A stretch of DNA of 64,000 bases from Chloroflexota bacterium. Its GTDB lineage: Bacteria; Chloroflexota; Anaerolineae; VGOG01. The notes under the pieces were generated by a model, which had not been told where the DNA came from, did no database searches, and was given only the letters and a program-made list of their open reading frames with translations. Location: positions 1,595 to 65,594 of the forward strand of contig VGOG01000002.1 of the NCBI GenBank assembly GCA_016875995.1, written 5' to 3'. Of this stretch, positions 48,064-57,493 are shown in pieces (within the stretch, counting starts at the first letter, position 1; each line of letters begins with the position of its first letter). The position numbers and the translations under genes were made by a program.

Positions 48064-48753
48064 ATGAATAAACTTCTACTGTCGGTGATCATGCCCGTCT
48101 ATAACGAACAAGAAACCCTGGCGGAGATCCTGGCCAGGGTCAGAGCCGTTGACCTGGAGAAGGAGATCGTGGTCGTTGACGATGGCTCCACCGATGGCAC
48201 GCGGGACGTATTGAGAGAAGAGGAGAAAAAGGGTGATCTCAAGGTCTTCTATCACCAGGTCAACAAGGGCAAGGGGGCCGCAGTGCGCACGGGGCTCGAG
48301 CACGCCTCTGGTAGTTTCATCATCATCCAGGACGCCGACCTGGAATACGACCCCTGCGATTACCCCAAACTGCTCCAGCCCATTCTCGAAGGTCAGGCCG
48401 AGGTGGTCTACGGCTCACGCTTCCTGGTGTTCAGGGAGACCATGTTCTTTTTGCAAGCCTTGGGCAACAAGTTTTTGACGCTGCTAACCAATCTCCTCTA
48501 CGGCACCGCCTTGAGCGACATGGAGACCTGCTACAAAGCCTTCAGGGCCGAGGTTATCAAGTCCATCCCTTTGCGTTCGCGCCGCTTTGAGTTTGAACCT
48601 GAGATCACGGCCAAGCTGCTGAAAAGAGGCTACCGCATCCACGAAGTGCCCATCTCTTACCAGGGGCGGGAATATCACGAGGGCAAGAAGCTGACCTGGC
48701 GGGACGGCGTCACGGCGCTGTGGACGTTGATCAAGTATCGGTTCGTTGATTGA
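48064..48753 (+). CDS. GT2 glycosyltransferase, DPM1-like polyprenol-phosphate glycosyltransferase
   Basis: PVYNE, VDDGSTDGT, GKGAA, QDADLEY, DMETCYK. Confidence 0.93.
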   Translation: MNKLLLSVIMPVYNEQETLAEILARVRAVDLEKEIVVVDDGSTDGTRDVLREEEKKGDLKVFYHQVNKGKGAAVRTGLEHASGSFIIIQDADLEYDPCDYPKLLQPILEGQAEVVYGSRFLVFRETMFFLQALGNKFLTLLTNLLYGTALSDMETCYKAFRAEVIKSIPLRSRRFEFEPEITAKLLKRGYRIHEVPISYQGREYHEGKKLTWRDGVTALWTLIKYRFVD

Positions 48754-48760
48754 TCGTTTC

Positions 48761-50326
48761 ATGAAGGGAGTGATGGTTTGGGTTAGCCGTCGTTGGGCGG
48801 TGTTGAGCCTGGCGTTGCTGGTGCTCGTAGGAGCAGCTTTTCGACTTGCCCCTATCGGCGCGAACCGCTTCCATCAGGATGAGGCCCTTTACAGCTTCTG
48901 GGCCCTGCAAGTAGCCAGCGGGCGCGACCCGATCTTGAACCACTCCCCGGTTGATAAACCCCCCCTTTACATCTATACCCTGGCCCTCTGCTTCAAACTC
49001 TTTGGCCCCTCGGAGGTGGCCGCTCGTCTGCCCGGCGAGGTGGGCAGCGTGGCCAGTATCGCTCTTGTCTACTATTTGGCTTCTCGACTCTACGGACGAT
49101 CTGTGGCTTTGCTGGCGGCAGTCCTGATGGCGCTCTCGCCCTTCAATGTCCTCTTTGCTCCCACGGCCTTCACCGATCCGCTGATGGTGGCCTGGATTTT
49201 GGCCGCCCTCTGTTTTGCGGCCAGCGGAAGTTTAGGGTGGTCTGGGCTCATGCTGGGGTTGGCGGCGGCCACCAAGCAGCAGGGCCTTCTCTTTGCGCCT
49301 CTGATCATCATTATCGGCACCCGTTTCCTCACCTCATCTTTCTTGCTCCCCTGCTCCTCTGCTCCCCTGCACCTCCGCACCTCCACTCTGTTGAGGGAGG
49401 GGCTCTTTTTCACCCTGGGCTTCCTGGCCGTGATGGCTCCCGTGGCCTGGTGGGATTCCCTGCGCTGGCGGTTGCAGCCCAGCTATCTCGAGCAGAGCCT
49501 CATCAGCTACGGCGGCCTGACCCTGGTAGACCCGGCTCAGTTGGTTGAGCGACTTGGAGACTGGGCTGAGATCCTGCACTACATAACCGCCTCACCTGGG
49601 CTCAATATCCTGTTGCCGGGTGGCTTGCCTTGCCTCATCCTCTACGATCTCGCCCCCCCTCTTTCCCCCCCAAATTGGGGGGGAGGAAGGGGGGGAGAGC
49701 CAGCGACTTTCTTCGATGTCGTCTTGTCGACTTTCGTCACTCTTTTCCTGCTGGGCCATTGGGTGTTCAGCTTCAATGTCTGGGATCGCTATCTCCTGGG
49801 CCTGGTTCCTCTTTTGCTGATCCTGCTGGCTAGGGTCTTATGGCTGGCGAGCGGGGCATTGACCCATCTCCTATCGCTTCGACTGCTATCCTTTCGAGCG
49901 TTCTTGGCTGTCGTCTTGTTGGTAGCCACATTAGCCGGGCCAGCCTTGGTTGCGGCGCGGAGCGGATACCCCATCGGTGGAGATCACGGGGCCTACGACG
50001 GCATCGAAGCCGTAGCCGACTATTTCCGAGATCGTGTGCCCGCTGGGTCTATCCTCTATCATCATTGGCTGGGCTGGCATTACTCCTTTTACATGTTCGA
50101 CTTCCCCCTGGTTCTCCGCTGGTATCCTTCGCCTGAGGAGCTGGCTGAGGATGCAAGCCAGGTGGATAACGCCTGGCGCTATATCGTCTTCCCCAATGGG
50201 AAGTTGACCGCAGAGGTAAAGGATGCTCTGGCCGAGGCAGGGTTGACGCTCCGCCGTGTCTATTGGACTTACCGACGTGACGGCAGCATCTCCTTTACTG
50301 TTTACCGCATCGAGGCTCGGAAGTGA
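48761..50326 (+). CDS. GT-C membrane glycosyltransferase (ArnT/PMT family)
   Basis: HQDEALY, DKPPL, ATKQ, RY motifs; many TM segments; two in-frame repeat inserts. Confidence 0.85.
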   Translation: MKGVMVWVSRRWAVLSLALLVLVGAAFRLAPIGANRFHQDEALYSFWALQVASGRDPILNHSPVDKPPLYIYTLALCFKLFGPSEVAARLPGEVGSVASIALVYYLASRLYGRSVALLAAVLMALSPFNVLFAPTAFTDPLMVAWILAALCFAASGSLGWSGLMLGLAAATKQQGLLFAPLIIIIGTRFLTSSFLLPCSSAPLHLRTSTLLREGLFFTLGFLAVMAPVAWWDSLRWRLQPSYLEQSLISYGGLTLVDPAQLVERLGDWAEILHYITASPGLNILLPGGLPCLILYDLAPPLSPPNWGGGRGGEPATFFDVVLSTFVTLFLLGHWVFSFNVWDRYLLGLVPLLLILLARVLWLASGALTHLLSLRLLSFRAFLAVVLLVATLAGPALVAARSGYPIGGDHGAYDGIEAVADYFRDRVPAGSILYHHWLGWHYSFYMFDFPLVLRWYPSPEELAEDASQVDNAWRYIVFPNGKLTAEVKDALAEAGLTLRRVYWTYRRDGSISFTVYRIEARK

Positions 50327-53300
50327 GAGATTTTACGTTTCACGTTTCACGTTTCACGTTTCGAGTTGCTAGAGACCTCTGTGCTTTGGCCACTTTGCTC
50401 GCCTTAACACTGGCCTTCTTCTGGAAGATCATCTTCACCAATCTCATCCTGGTGGGGTTGGACATCTTCACCTATTTTTATCCCTACAAGGCTTACGCTG
50501 CTGAAATCATACGCCAGGGCCGCCTGCCCCTGTGGAATCCGTATCTCTTCATGGGCGTGCCGTTTCTGGCCAATGCCCAGACAGCACTTTTTTATCCCCT
50601 GAACTTTCCCCTGTACTGGCTGCCTGTGCCCAGGATGGTGAGCTATTCCATCGTGTTGCACGTCTTCCTGGCCGGCCTTTTTGCTTACCTCTATGCTCGC
50701 CTCTCGCTGGGATTGGGAAGATGGGGGGCCTGGCTGGCGGCAGTGGTTTTCGCCTTCAGCGGTTTCGTCGGTGCCCAGGTGGAGCACGTCAATCAGTTGA
50801 ACTGCTCCGTCTGGCTGCCGTTGCTGTTCTTGCTCTTCGATTTGGCTTGTGGAAAACCCTGGCGAGGCATACGCCCCTCCCTCCCAGGGAGGGGCAGGGG
50901 GAGGGTGGATCCCACCCCCACCCCAACCCTCCCCCTGCGAGGGGGAGGGAGTGAACAATCAGAGTGGCGGCATGTTTTGCTGGCCGGCTTGGTGGTGGGA
51001 CTCCAGTTCACGGCTGGCCACACGCAGTCGTCGTACATCTCCTTGTTTGCTCTAGGGGTCTACGCAACGATTTTCGATTTTCGATTGGCGATTTCTGAAT
51101 CGAAAATCGGCAATCGGCAATCGAAAATCGGGTTGTTGGTTTACCTCTTGATTGTAATCATCGGCCTGGCTCTGGCGGCGGTGCAGTTGTTGCCGACCCT
51201 GGAACTCTCGCGGCTCTCGGTGCGAAGTGGCGGGTTATCGTACCGTGAGGCGGCCTCTTTCTCTCTCAAGCCGCGCTTGTTGCTCCTTTCCCTGCTGCCG
51301 ACCTTCGGCGGCGAGGAGGTCTTCAGCGAGTACGTCGCCTATCTGGGCATCGTTGCTCTGGCCCTGGCCCTGGTCGGCGCCCTGTTCCAGCGACGCCATC
51401 CCGCTCGCCCTTTCCTCGTCTTCCTGACTGCCCTGGGCCTGTTCCTGGGCCTGGGTGGCTACAATCCCGTTTACTTCGTCCTGTACAAGCTGGTGCCAGG
51501 CTTTGGCCTCTTCCGAGCGCCGGCTCGATGGTTGTATCTATACACCTTCGGCGGGGCCATGCTGGCGGGGCTGGGGGCGGAGTTTCTAGGCTATCCCCTG
51601 TCTGCCAAAGCAGAGATGGTCGGTTGGCCCCCCCTCTTTCCCCCCCAATTTGGGGGGGAGGAAGGGGGGAGGCTCTGGCCCTGGGTTCGTCGTCGCCTGC
51701 TGATCGCCGTCGGCATATTAGCCGCCCCCGTGCTTCTCCTCTCCCCTTTCCTTGACTTCCCCACCCGGCCCACGCTCTTGGCTTGGCTGGTGCTGGCTTC
51801 ACTGGCCTCGGCCTTGCTGTGGTTGTGCTGCCGGATGCTTCCGTCGGGGGTAGGGACTCCCCCCTCCCTCGAAGGGAGGGGCAGGGGGAGGGTGGATCCG
51901 CAATATTGCTCAGGGCAGGCTCAGGTGGCACGCCCAGTTTGTTGCCTGGTGATCGCCCTGATCGTCGTCGGGGAACTCTTCGCCGCCAGCCGCGGCCTGG
52001 CCTACAACCATCCCACCGCCCCGGAAGCTTACTCCTCTCTGCGCACCGCCCCGGCTCACCTCCTGGCTGTTGGGCAGCCAACGGATCGCGTCCTCAGCAT
52101 CTCAGGCCTGACTTTCGACCCCGGCGACCTGGGAGAGATACGGCAGATTTTCGAGGATCAACTGACTCCCCACGCCATCTACGACTACGTGGTGGTCACT
52201 AAGCTGAAGGAGATCATGGCTCCCAACCTGCCCCTGGTTTACAAAATACCCAGCGTGGATGGCTACGACGGCGGAGTGCTCCCCCTCAAGCGCTACGTCG
52301 AACTACAACGCCTGTTTCTGTCCGAGCCTTCGCCCGATGGCCGCTTGCGGGAGCAGTTGAAGGAGATACCATCATCACGGATTCTGAACCTGCTTGGCGT
52401 CAGGTACATTATCATAGACAAGGTTTATGATATCTGGGTGGATGACGTCTACTACGACCTGAGTCACGAGGCCGTTCTAGGCCCTGGGGTGGCTTCTCAG
52501 GTGGACGTGACGGAACTGCCGGACTTCGCCGCTACCTCGTTGGGCCTGGTATCCCACCTGGAGGGGGCGCATGATCTGCCCAACGGGGTGCCCGTGGCTC
52601 AGGTGACGATCACCGACGAGCGGGGAGCGATCCAAGGCCATCTCCTGCGGGCTGGCATCGAGACAGCGGAGGGCGAATATGCTGGGGCTCGGCATGACCA
52701 GGCCAGGGTCTGCCGTCACTGGCCCAGCAACCTTCAGGGAAATGACTACCTGGCTCGCCTGGAGCTTGGCGAGGCCCTGATCCCACGACAGATTCTGATC
52801 GAGTATCTTGCTCCGGTTGGGCGGCTGCACCTGCGGGGTCTCAGCCTGATTGACGATAGGACAGACACTTTTGTGCCCGTGGTTGTTTCCACCGGGGGGC
52901 GCTTGCGGTTGGTGCACAGCGGCGACGTGAAGATCTACGAGAATCTGGACAGCCTGCCGCGGGCCTTCGTCGTTCATCGAGCGCGAGTCCTGGACGATGA
53001 AGCGGCCATTGCGGCCATGAAAGACCTCTCCTTCCGACCTGAGGAGGAGGTCATCCTGGCGCCGGGCGGGGAGGCAATGAACGGGCAACCAGGTGGAGGC
53101 CAGGTAGAGGTCCTGTCTTATGAGCCAGAGCGCGTCGTGATTTCCGCTAATCTGGCTGCGGAGGGCTATCTGGTCCTGACCGATGCCTATTATCCTGGCT
53201 GGCACGCGCTGACCGACGGTCTGGAGATGCCCATCCATCGGGCGAACCTTCTCTTCCGGGCGTTGTACCTGCCGGCAGGTCAGCATAGAGTAGAATTCAT

Positions 53301-53400
53301 TTATGATCCCCTCTCCTTCAAGCTTGGGACTGCAATCAGCTTGACGGCGCTGTTGGGCCTGGTGGCTGGCATCGCTTGGTGGTCCAGAAGGCGGTTGTAG
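50323..53400 (+). CDS. YfhO-family membrane glycosyltransferase
   Basis: LPLWNPY..MG.PF, FYP, GH.Q, FRAPAR, GYDG, LPRAF, TDAYYPGW, PAGQH.V...Y.P; five in-frame repeat inserts. Confidence 0.88.
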   Translation: MRDFTFHVSRFTFRVARDLCALATLLALTLAFFWKIIFTNLILVGLDIFTYFYPYKAYAAEIIRQGRLPLWNPYLFMGVPFLANAQTALFYPLNFPLYWLPVPRMVSYSIVLHVFLAGLFAYLYARLSLGLGRWGAWLAAVVFAFSGFVGAQVEHVNQLNCSVWLPLLFLLFDLACGKPWRGIRPSLPGRGRGRVDPTPTPTLPLRGGGSEQSEWRHVLLAGLVVGLQFTAGHTQSSYISLFALGVYATIFDFRLAISESKIGNRQSKIGLLVYLLIVIIGLALAAVQLLPTLELSRLSVRSGGLSYREAASFSLKPRLLLLSLLPTFGGEEVFSEYVAYLGIVALALALVGALFQRRHPARPFLVFLTALGLFLGLGGYNPVYFVLYKLVPGFGLFRAPARWLYLYTFGGAMLAGLGAEFLGYPLSAKAEMVGWPPLFPPQFGGEEGGRLWPWVRRRLLIAVGILAAPVLLLSPFLDFPTRPTLLAWLVLASLASALLWLCCRMLPSGVGTPPSLEGRGRGRVDPQYCSGQAQVARPVCCLVIALIVVGELFAASRGLAYNHPTAPEAYSSLRTAPAHLLAVGQPTDRVLSISGLTFDPGDLGEIRQIFEDQLTPHAIYDYVVVTKLKEIMAPNLPLVYKIPSVDGYDGGVLPLKRYVELQRLFLSEPSPDGRLREQLKEIPSSRILNLLGVRYIIIDKVYDIWVDDVYYDLSHEAVLGPGVASQVDVTELPDFAATSLGLVSHLEGAHDLPNGVPVAQVTITDERGAIQGHLLRAGIETAEGEYAGARHDQARVCRHWPSNLQGNDYLARLELGEALIPRQILIEYLAPVGRLHLRGLSLIDDRTDTFVPVVVSTGGRLRLVHSGDVKIYENLDSLPRAFVVHRARVLDDEAAIAAMKDLSFRPEEEVILAPGGEAMNGQPGGGQVEVLSYEPERVVISANLAAEGYLVLTDAYYPGWHALTDGLEMPIHRANLLFRALYLPAGQHRVEFIYDPLSFKLGTAISLTALLGLVAGIAWWSRRRL

Positions 53401-53530
53401 ATTCACTGAATGACAATTGAATCCCTATGACACTAAAGTAATTACCACTGGACGAATGAGAAGAGATGGTGTATAATTGTGAGTGATGTGTGGGTTTATG
53501 CATAACTACATTGAAAAAGGAGGTCTGGTG

Positions 53531-54139
53531 ATGAACACATTTAATCGCGTGGTGGGGGTCTTGCTCCTCTTGGCGACCATAATTGTTATGACCGTGGTGC
53601 TGGTCGTGCCTCGGCCGACGATCAGGGTCGTGCAGCAGTGGCTGTGGAACCTGGATGCGAACCTGGCGCTGATCTCTCCGCCCATCTTGCTGGTAATGGG
53701 TGTCGTCTTGGCCCTATTGGTGGGCGTCATCTGCGCCGTGTTGCTCTGGCTCGAGCTCAGGCGGCGGCGTCCCCGGGCCATCAGGGTGCAGAGCATCAGC
53801 GGCGGCCAGGCGGAGTTGGCCGTGGATTCCGTTGCCAGTCGGTTGGAGCGCAACATCGGCCAGCTCGATGGCGTTGTCTCCGTCAGGCCGAACGTCTGGG
53901 GCAGGAGGGGCGGCATCGAGGTAGAGCTCGACCTGGAGACCAGCCCGGAAGTTAGCGTCCCGACCAAGACCGAGGAGGTCTGCCAGGTGACCAGGGAGGC
54001 CATTGAGGACCAGATGGGGCTGAAGCTGCGCAAGGTCAGGGTCAACATCAAGCATGCCCCCTACCCCGTGGGGCAGCCGATAGTCCCCAAGCCTACCTCC
54101 TATCCCCCAGAGCCGCCGACGGCCTACGAGGAAGTCTAG
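53531..54139 (+). CDS. alkaline-shock membrane anchor AmaP-like protein
   Basis: Two N-terminal TM helices then Asp23-like domain. Confidence 0.75.
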   Translation: MNTFNRVVGVLLLLATIIVMTVVLVVPRPTIRVVQQWLWNLDANLALISPPILLVMGVVLALLVGVICAVLLWLELRRRRPRAIRVQSISGGQAELAVDSVASRLERNIGQLDGVVSVRPNVWGRRGGIEVELDLETSPEVSVPTKTEEVCQVTREAIEDQMGLKLRKVRVNIKHAPYPVGQPIVPKPTSYPPEPPTAYEEV

Positions 54140-54664
54140 TTGGAAGTTAAGTCCCTGGTCGAAAGCCTGCTCTTCGTGGCTGATGAGCCAGTGCCCATTG
54201 GGCGTTTGGCAGCCGCCATTGACGTCAATCAGGAGAAGGTTGAGGAGGCGCTACGAGTATTGAGTGAGGAGTACGAGCAGCGGGGGTTGCGTCTCCAGTG
54301 CAAAGGAGGGCAGGTGCAACTGGTCACCGCTCCCGAGGCAGCCCCTCACATCGAGCGCTTCCTCGATTTGGAGCTGAATAGCAGGCTCTCTGCTCCGGCG
54401 TTGGAGACCCTGGCCATCGTCGCTTACCAGCAGCCTGCCACTCGCGCCCAGATCGAGGCCATACGGGGCGTCAATTGTGACAGTGTGTTGCGCACCCTGG
54501 TCAGCAAGGGCCTGGTCGAGGAGGTGGGGCGCTTGCCCCAGGCTGGCCGCCCCATCATCTACGGCACCACTTTTGAGTTCTTGCAGTACTTTGGCCTGCA
54601 GGACCTGGCCGAGCTGCCGCCGCTGGAGGGGGAGGCAACGGATGGCGAGCGGATGAGCGGATGA
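54140..54664 (+). CDS. scpB: SMC-Scp complex subunit ScpB
   Basis: ESLLF, ALETLAIVAYQQP.TR..IEAIRGV, GRPIIYGTT..FL..FGL. Confidence 0.95.
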   Translation: MEVKSLVESLLFVADEPVPIGRLAAAIDVNQEKVEEALRVLSEEYEQRGLRLQCKGGQVQLVTAPEAAPHIERFLDLELNSRLSAPALETLAIVAYQQPATRAQIEAIRGVNCDSVLRTLVSKGLVEEVGRLPQAGRPIIYGTTFEFLQYFGLQDLAELPPLEGEATDGERMSG

Positions 54665-54690
54665 GGCGCAAGACCAGGGTCGTTTGTCCA

Positions 54691-55506
54691 ATGGAACGCC
54701 TGCAAAAAGTCCTGGCCCACGCCGGGGTCGCCTCGCGGCGGAAGTGCGAGGGGTTGATCTTGCAGGGACGGGTGCGGGTCAATGGCCAGATAGTAACCCA
54801 ACCTGGCACCAGGGTGGATCCCGACCGGGATACCATCGAGGTGGACGGTCAGGCCATCACTTTGGAGGAGAAGGTCTACGTCCTCCTCCACAAGCCACGG
54901 GGCTACCTGAGCGACACCCTGGATTTCCGGGGCCGCCCTTCGGCACTGGGTCTGGTTCCCGATGGAGAGCGACTCTATGCGGCGGGCCGCCTGGACGCCA
55001 GAAGCGAGGGGCTGCTGCTCCTCACCAACGACGGGGAGCTGGCCCACCGCCTCACCCATCCCCGCCATGAGCACCAAAAGGAGTACCTCGCTCTCGTGGA
55101 GGGGGAACCCACGGAGGCAACGCTGCGAAAAATGCGGCAGGGTGTGGAGCAGGATGACGAGACCCTGCGGGCCAATGTTGTCCAGAAAATGGAGCAGTTG
55201 GGCCCGCAGGCCCGCATCCACGGCTGGGAGGAGGCCCCCAGGGGCATGGCCTGGCTGCGCATTATCTTACACGAGGGCAAGAAGCGCCACATCCGGCGGA
55301 TGTGCGCCGCCCTGGGCTACCCGGTGCGGCGGCTGATCCGCACTCGCATCGGGCCGTTGGAGCTGGGGGACTTGCTGGTGGGGAAATGGCGATATCTGAC
55401 AAAGGGGGAGGTTAAGCGGTTGTGGTCAGCTCAACCCTGGAACGGGAGGAAGCCCATCCAGGTGAAGTCCTCGTCGAAAGCAAAGACCTCGCTGTCTGGG
55501 TGCTGA
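54691..55506 (+). CDS. rluB: rRNA pseudouridine synthase RluB/RsuA family
   Basis: ERLQKVLA S4 domain, GRLD, LLTNDG, EGKKRHIRRM. Confidence 0.92.
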   Translation: MERLQKVLAHAGVASRRKCEGLILQGRVRVNGQIVTQPGTRVDPDRDTIEVDGQAITLEEKVYVLLHKPRGYLSDTLDFRGRPSALGLVPDGERLYAAGRLDARSEGLLLLTNDGELAHRLTHPRHEHQKEYLALVEGEPTEATLRKMRQGVEQDDETLRANVVQKMEQLGPQARIHGWEEAPRGMAWLRIILHEGKKRHIRRMCAALGYPVRRLIRTRIGPLELGDLLVGKWRYLTKGEVKRLWSAQPWNGRKPIQVKSSSKAKTSLSGC

Positions 55507-55850
55507 CGTAGCCAGGTGAAGCTGGTACAATCCACGAAGGAGAAGTTCTGGTCCGCGTATTTCTTGAAGATTTCCCAGGCCGCTTGGTCTAGCGCTACAT
55601 CAGCATAGATGACCTGGAGCTCGCCGCCTGCGATTAGTTTTCGAGTCCCGTCGCCGAACTTCACCGCTGCCTGGTGACCAAGCTTACGCCGTATGCGTGT
55701 GTAAGCCTCCGCCAGAACATAATTGGTTGTGACCTGTGGGAGTCGGCTATCGAGCAAGCGCTGTAGCAGGTCCAGGGCGTCTTCGTTGAACTGGTCAGCT
55801 TGATCCGTACAAGCGATGAACGCACTGGTATCAACAAATATGCTTCGCAT
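55431..55850 (-). CDS. vapC: PIN-domain toxin VapC
   Basis: FVDTSAF, VLAE, SFVDCTSF, FAFDEDF. Confidence 0.93.
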   Translation of the reverse strand: MRSIFVDTSAFIACTDQADQFNEDALDLLQRLLDSRLPQVTTNYVLAEAYTRIRRKLGHQAAVKFGDGTRKLIAGGELQVIYADVALDQAAWEIFKKYADQNFSFVDCTSFTWLRQHPDSEVFAFDEDFTWMGFLPFQG

Positions 55851-56083
55851 CAGTCCTCGTCGTAGATGTCACGATCGTGATGAATCGAGCCATCAGTAAT
55901 TCCGCTGTAGCCAAGGTTGACGATATCCCACCAAACGCTTTGCTTGGCCGACCGTTGGACGATATACTCTTTCACCGCTTCGCGGATCACCTCAGCCATT
56001 GTCTTATGCTGAGCCTCGGCCAAGCGCTTGACTTGCTCGCTTTGTTCTTCGGTTAGATAAATCTGAGTCCGCGTCATAGCCAT
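55850..56083 (-). CDS. CopG/RHH antitoxin
   Basis: TRTQIYL...MAEVIREAV, SIHHD; stop overlaps vapC start (TGATG). Confidence 0.88.
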   Translation of the reverse strand: MAMTRTQIYLTEEQSEQVKRLAEAQHKTMAEVIREAVKEYIVQRSAKQSVWWDIVNLGYSGITDGSIHHDRDIYDED

Positions 56084-56115
56084 CGCCACATCTCCTGAAC
56101 GCTGTATACATCACT

Positions 56116-56144
56116 ATTTTAGCACAGATGCTGTATAATGTCAA
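56116..56144 (-). promoter_or_regulatory. TA operon promoter overlapping cmk start
   Basis: Minus strand TTGACA-17-TAAAAT; repeated GCTGTATA at 56101 and 56130. Confidence 0.7.
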
Positions 56145-57484
56145 AACCTTCCACCATCGCCATTGATGGGACAGTTGCCTCAGGGAAGAGCACCATTGGG
56201 GCGTTGTTGGCTGAGCGCCTGGGTTACACCTACTTGGATACAGGCGCCATGTACCGAGCTGTCACCTGGGTGGCTCTTGAGCAAGGGATTAACATCGCCG
56301 ACGAGGAGGCCATCACCGCCCTGGCCGAAAGCGTCGTCATCAACATCAGCCGGCCCACGGTGGACGATGGACGGCAGTACACCGTCTACGCCGATGGGGA
56401 AGACGTAACCTGGGAGATCCGGCGGCCGGAGGTGGACGCCAACGTCTCGCCTGTCTCCGCCTACCCCGGCGTGCGCAGGGCTCTCACCGAGCAGCAGCGG
56501 CGCATGGGGCGGCGGGGCCGCATCGTGATGGTGGGGCGGGACATCGGCACGGTGGTTCTCCCTGAGGCGGATCTCAAAATCTACCTCGATGCTACCGTTG
56601 AGGAGAGAGCTCACCGTCGTCATCGGGAGATTCTGGACCGGGGAGAGGAAGCTGATTACGAGCAGGTTCTGGCCTCCATGCGCCGGCGGGACAGGATTGA
56701 TAGCCAGCGAGAGGCGGCTCCCCTTCGCCCGGCCGGCGACGCGGTCATCATTGATACCACGGGGCTGAGCATCGCTGAGGTGTTGGCCAAGGTGGAGGAG
56801 TTAGCCCAAAGTCCAAAATCCAAAGTCCAAAGTTCAAACGGGAGAGGACGAGCGGTATTCCGACGCCTTGCTCGTTCTCTTCTGCGGTTGCTTTTCAGGC
56901 TTTTGACGCGCCTGGAGGTCAGGGGCTCGGAGAACGTGCCTGCGGGCGGGCCGCTGCTGGTAGCCTTTAATCACCTGGCACATCTTGATGCCCCCTTGGT
57001 GCTAGCTTTTCTGCCCCGGCCTGCAGAGGGCATAGCCCTGGATGATCTCTACCGCGTTCCCATCACGGGGCAGTTGCTGCGGCTCTACGGCGCTATCCCC
57101 GTGCACCGTGACCAGTTCGACCGCCAGGTCATCCGGCGAGCTCAGCAGGTGCTGGCCGAGGGCAAGGTGCTGGCCCTGGCCCCTGAGGCCCGGATGAGCC
57201 TGAGCGGTGCTCTGGAGCGAGCGCGGCAGGGTGTTGCTTACTTGTCACTACGCAGCAACGCGCCGATCTTGCCCGTCGCCCTAACCGGCACGGAGAAGGT
57301 CTACGCTGACTGGAAGCGGTTGCGGCGCCCGCGGCTGACCCTTACCTTCGGCCAGCCTATCACCCCACCGCCTCCGGCCAGTACGTCCCAGGCGCGGCGT
57401 CAACAGGTGGCCGACCTCACCGCTGAGATCATGCGTCGCATCGCTGACATGCTGCCGCCGGAGTATCGAGGAGCATATAGCTGA
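56138..57484 (+). CDS. cmk: cytidylate kinase fused to lysophospholipid acyltransferase (Cmk-PlsC)
   Basis: IAIDG..ASGKST, DTGAMYRA, GRDIGT, RRD..D; then NHLAHLD (HX4D) and PEAR; linker is a 7-bp array. Confidence 0.92.
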   Translation: MSKPSTIAIDGTVASGKSTIGALLAERLGYTYLDTGAMYRAVTWVALEQGINIADEEAITALAESVVINISRPTVDDGRQYTVYADGEDVTWEIRRPEVDANVSPVSAYPGVRRALTEQQRRMGRRGRIVMVGRDIGTVVLPEADLKIYLDATVEERAHRRHREILDRGEEADYEQVLASMRRRDRIDSQREAAPLRPAGDAVIIDTTGLSIAEVLAKVEELAQSPKSKVQSSNGRGRAVFRRLARSLLRLLFRLLTRLEVRGSENVPAGGPLLVAFNHLAHLDAPLVLAFLPRPAEGIALDDLYRVPITGQLLRLYGAIPVHRDQFDRQVIRRAQQVLAEGKVLALAPEARMSLSGALERARQGVAYLSLRSNAPILPVALTGTEKVYADWKRLRRPRLTLTFGQPITPPPPASTSQARRQQVADLTAEIMRRIADMLPPEYRGAYS

Positions 57485-57493
57485 AGGGGGTAG

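Noticed and set aside
54140-54664. scpB without scpA
   Set aside because: scpA may simply lie elsewhere in the genome; not assessable from one window.
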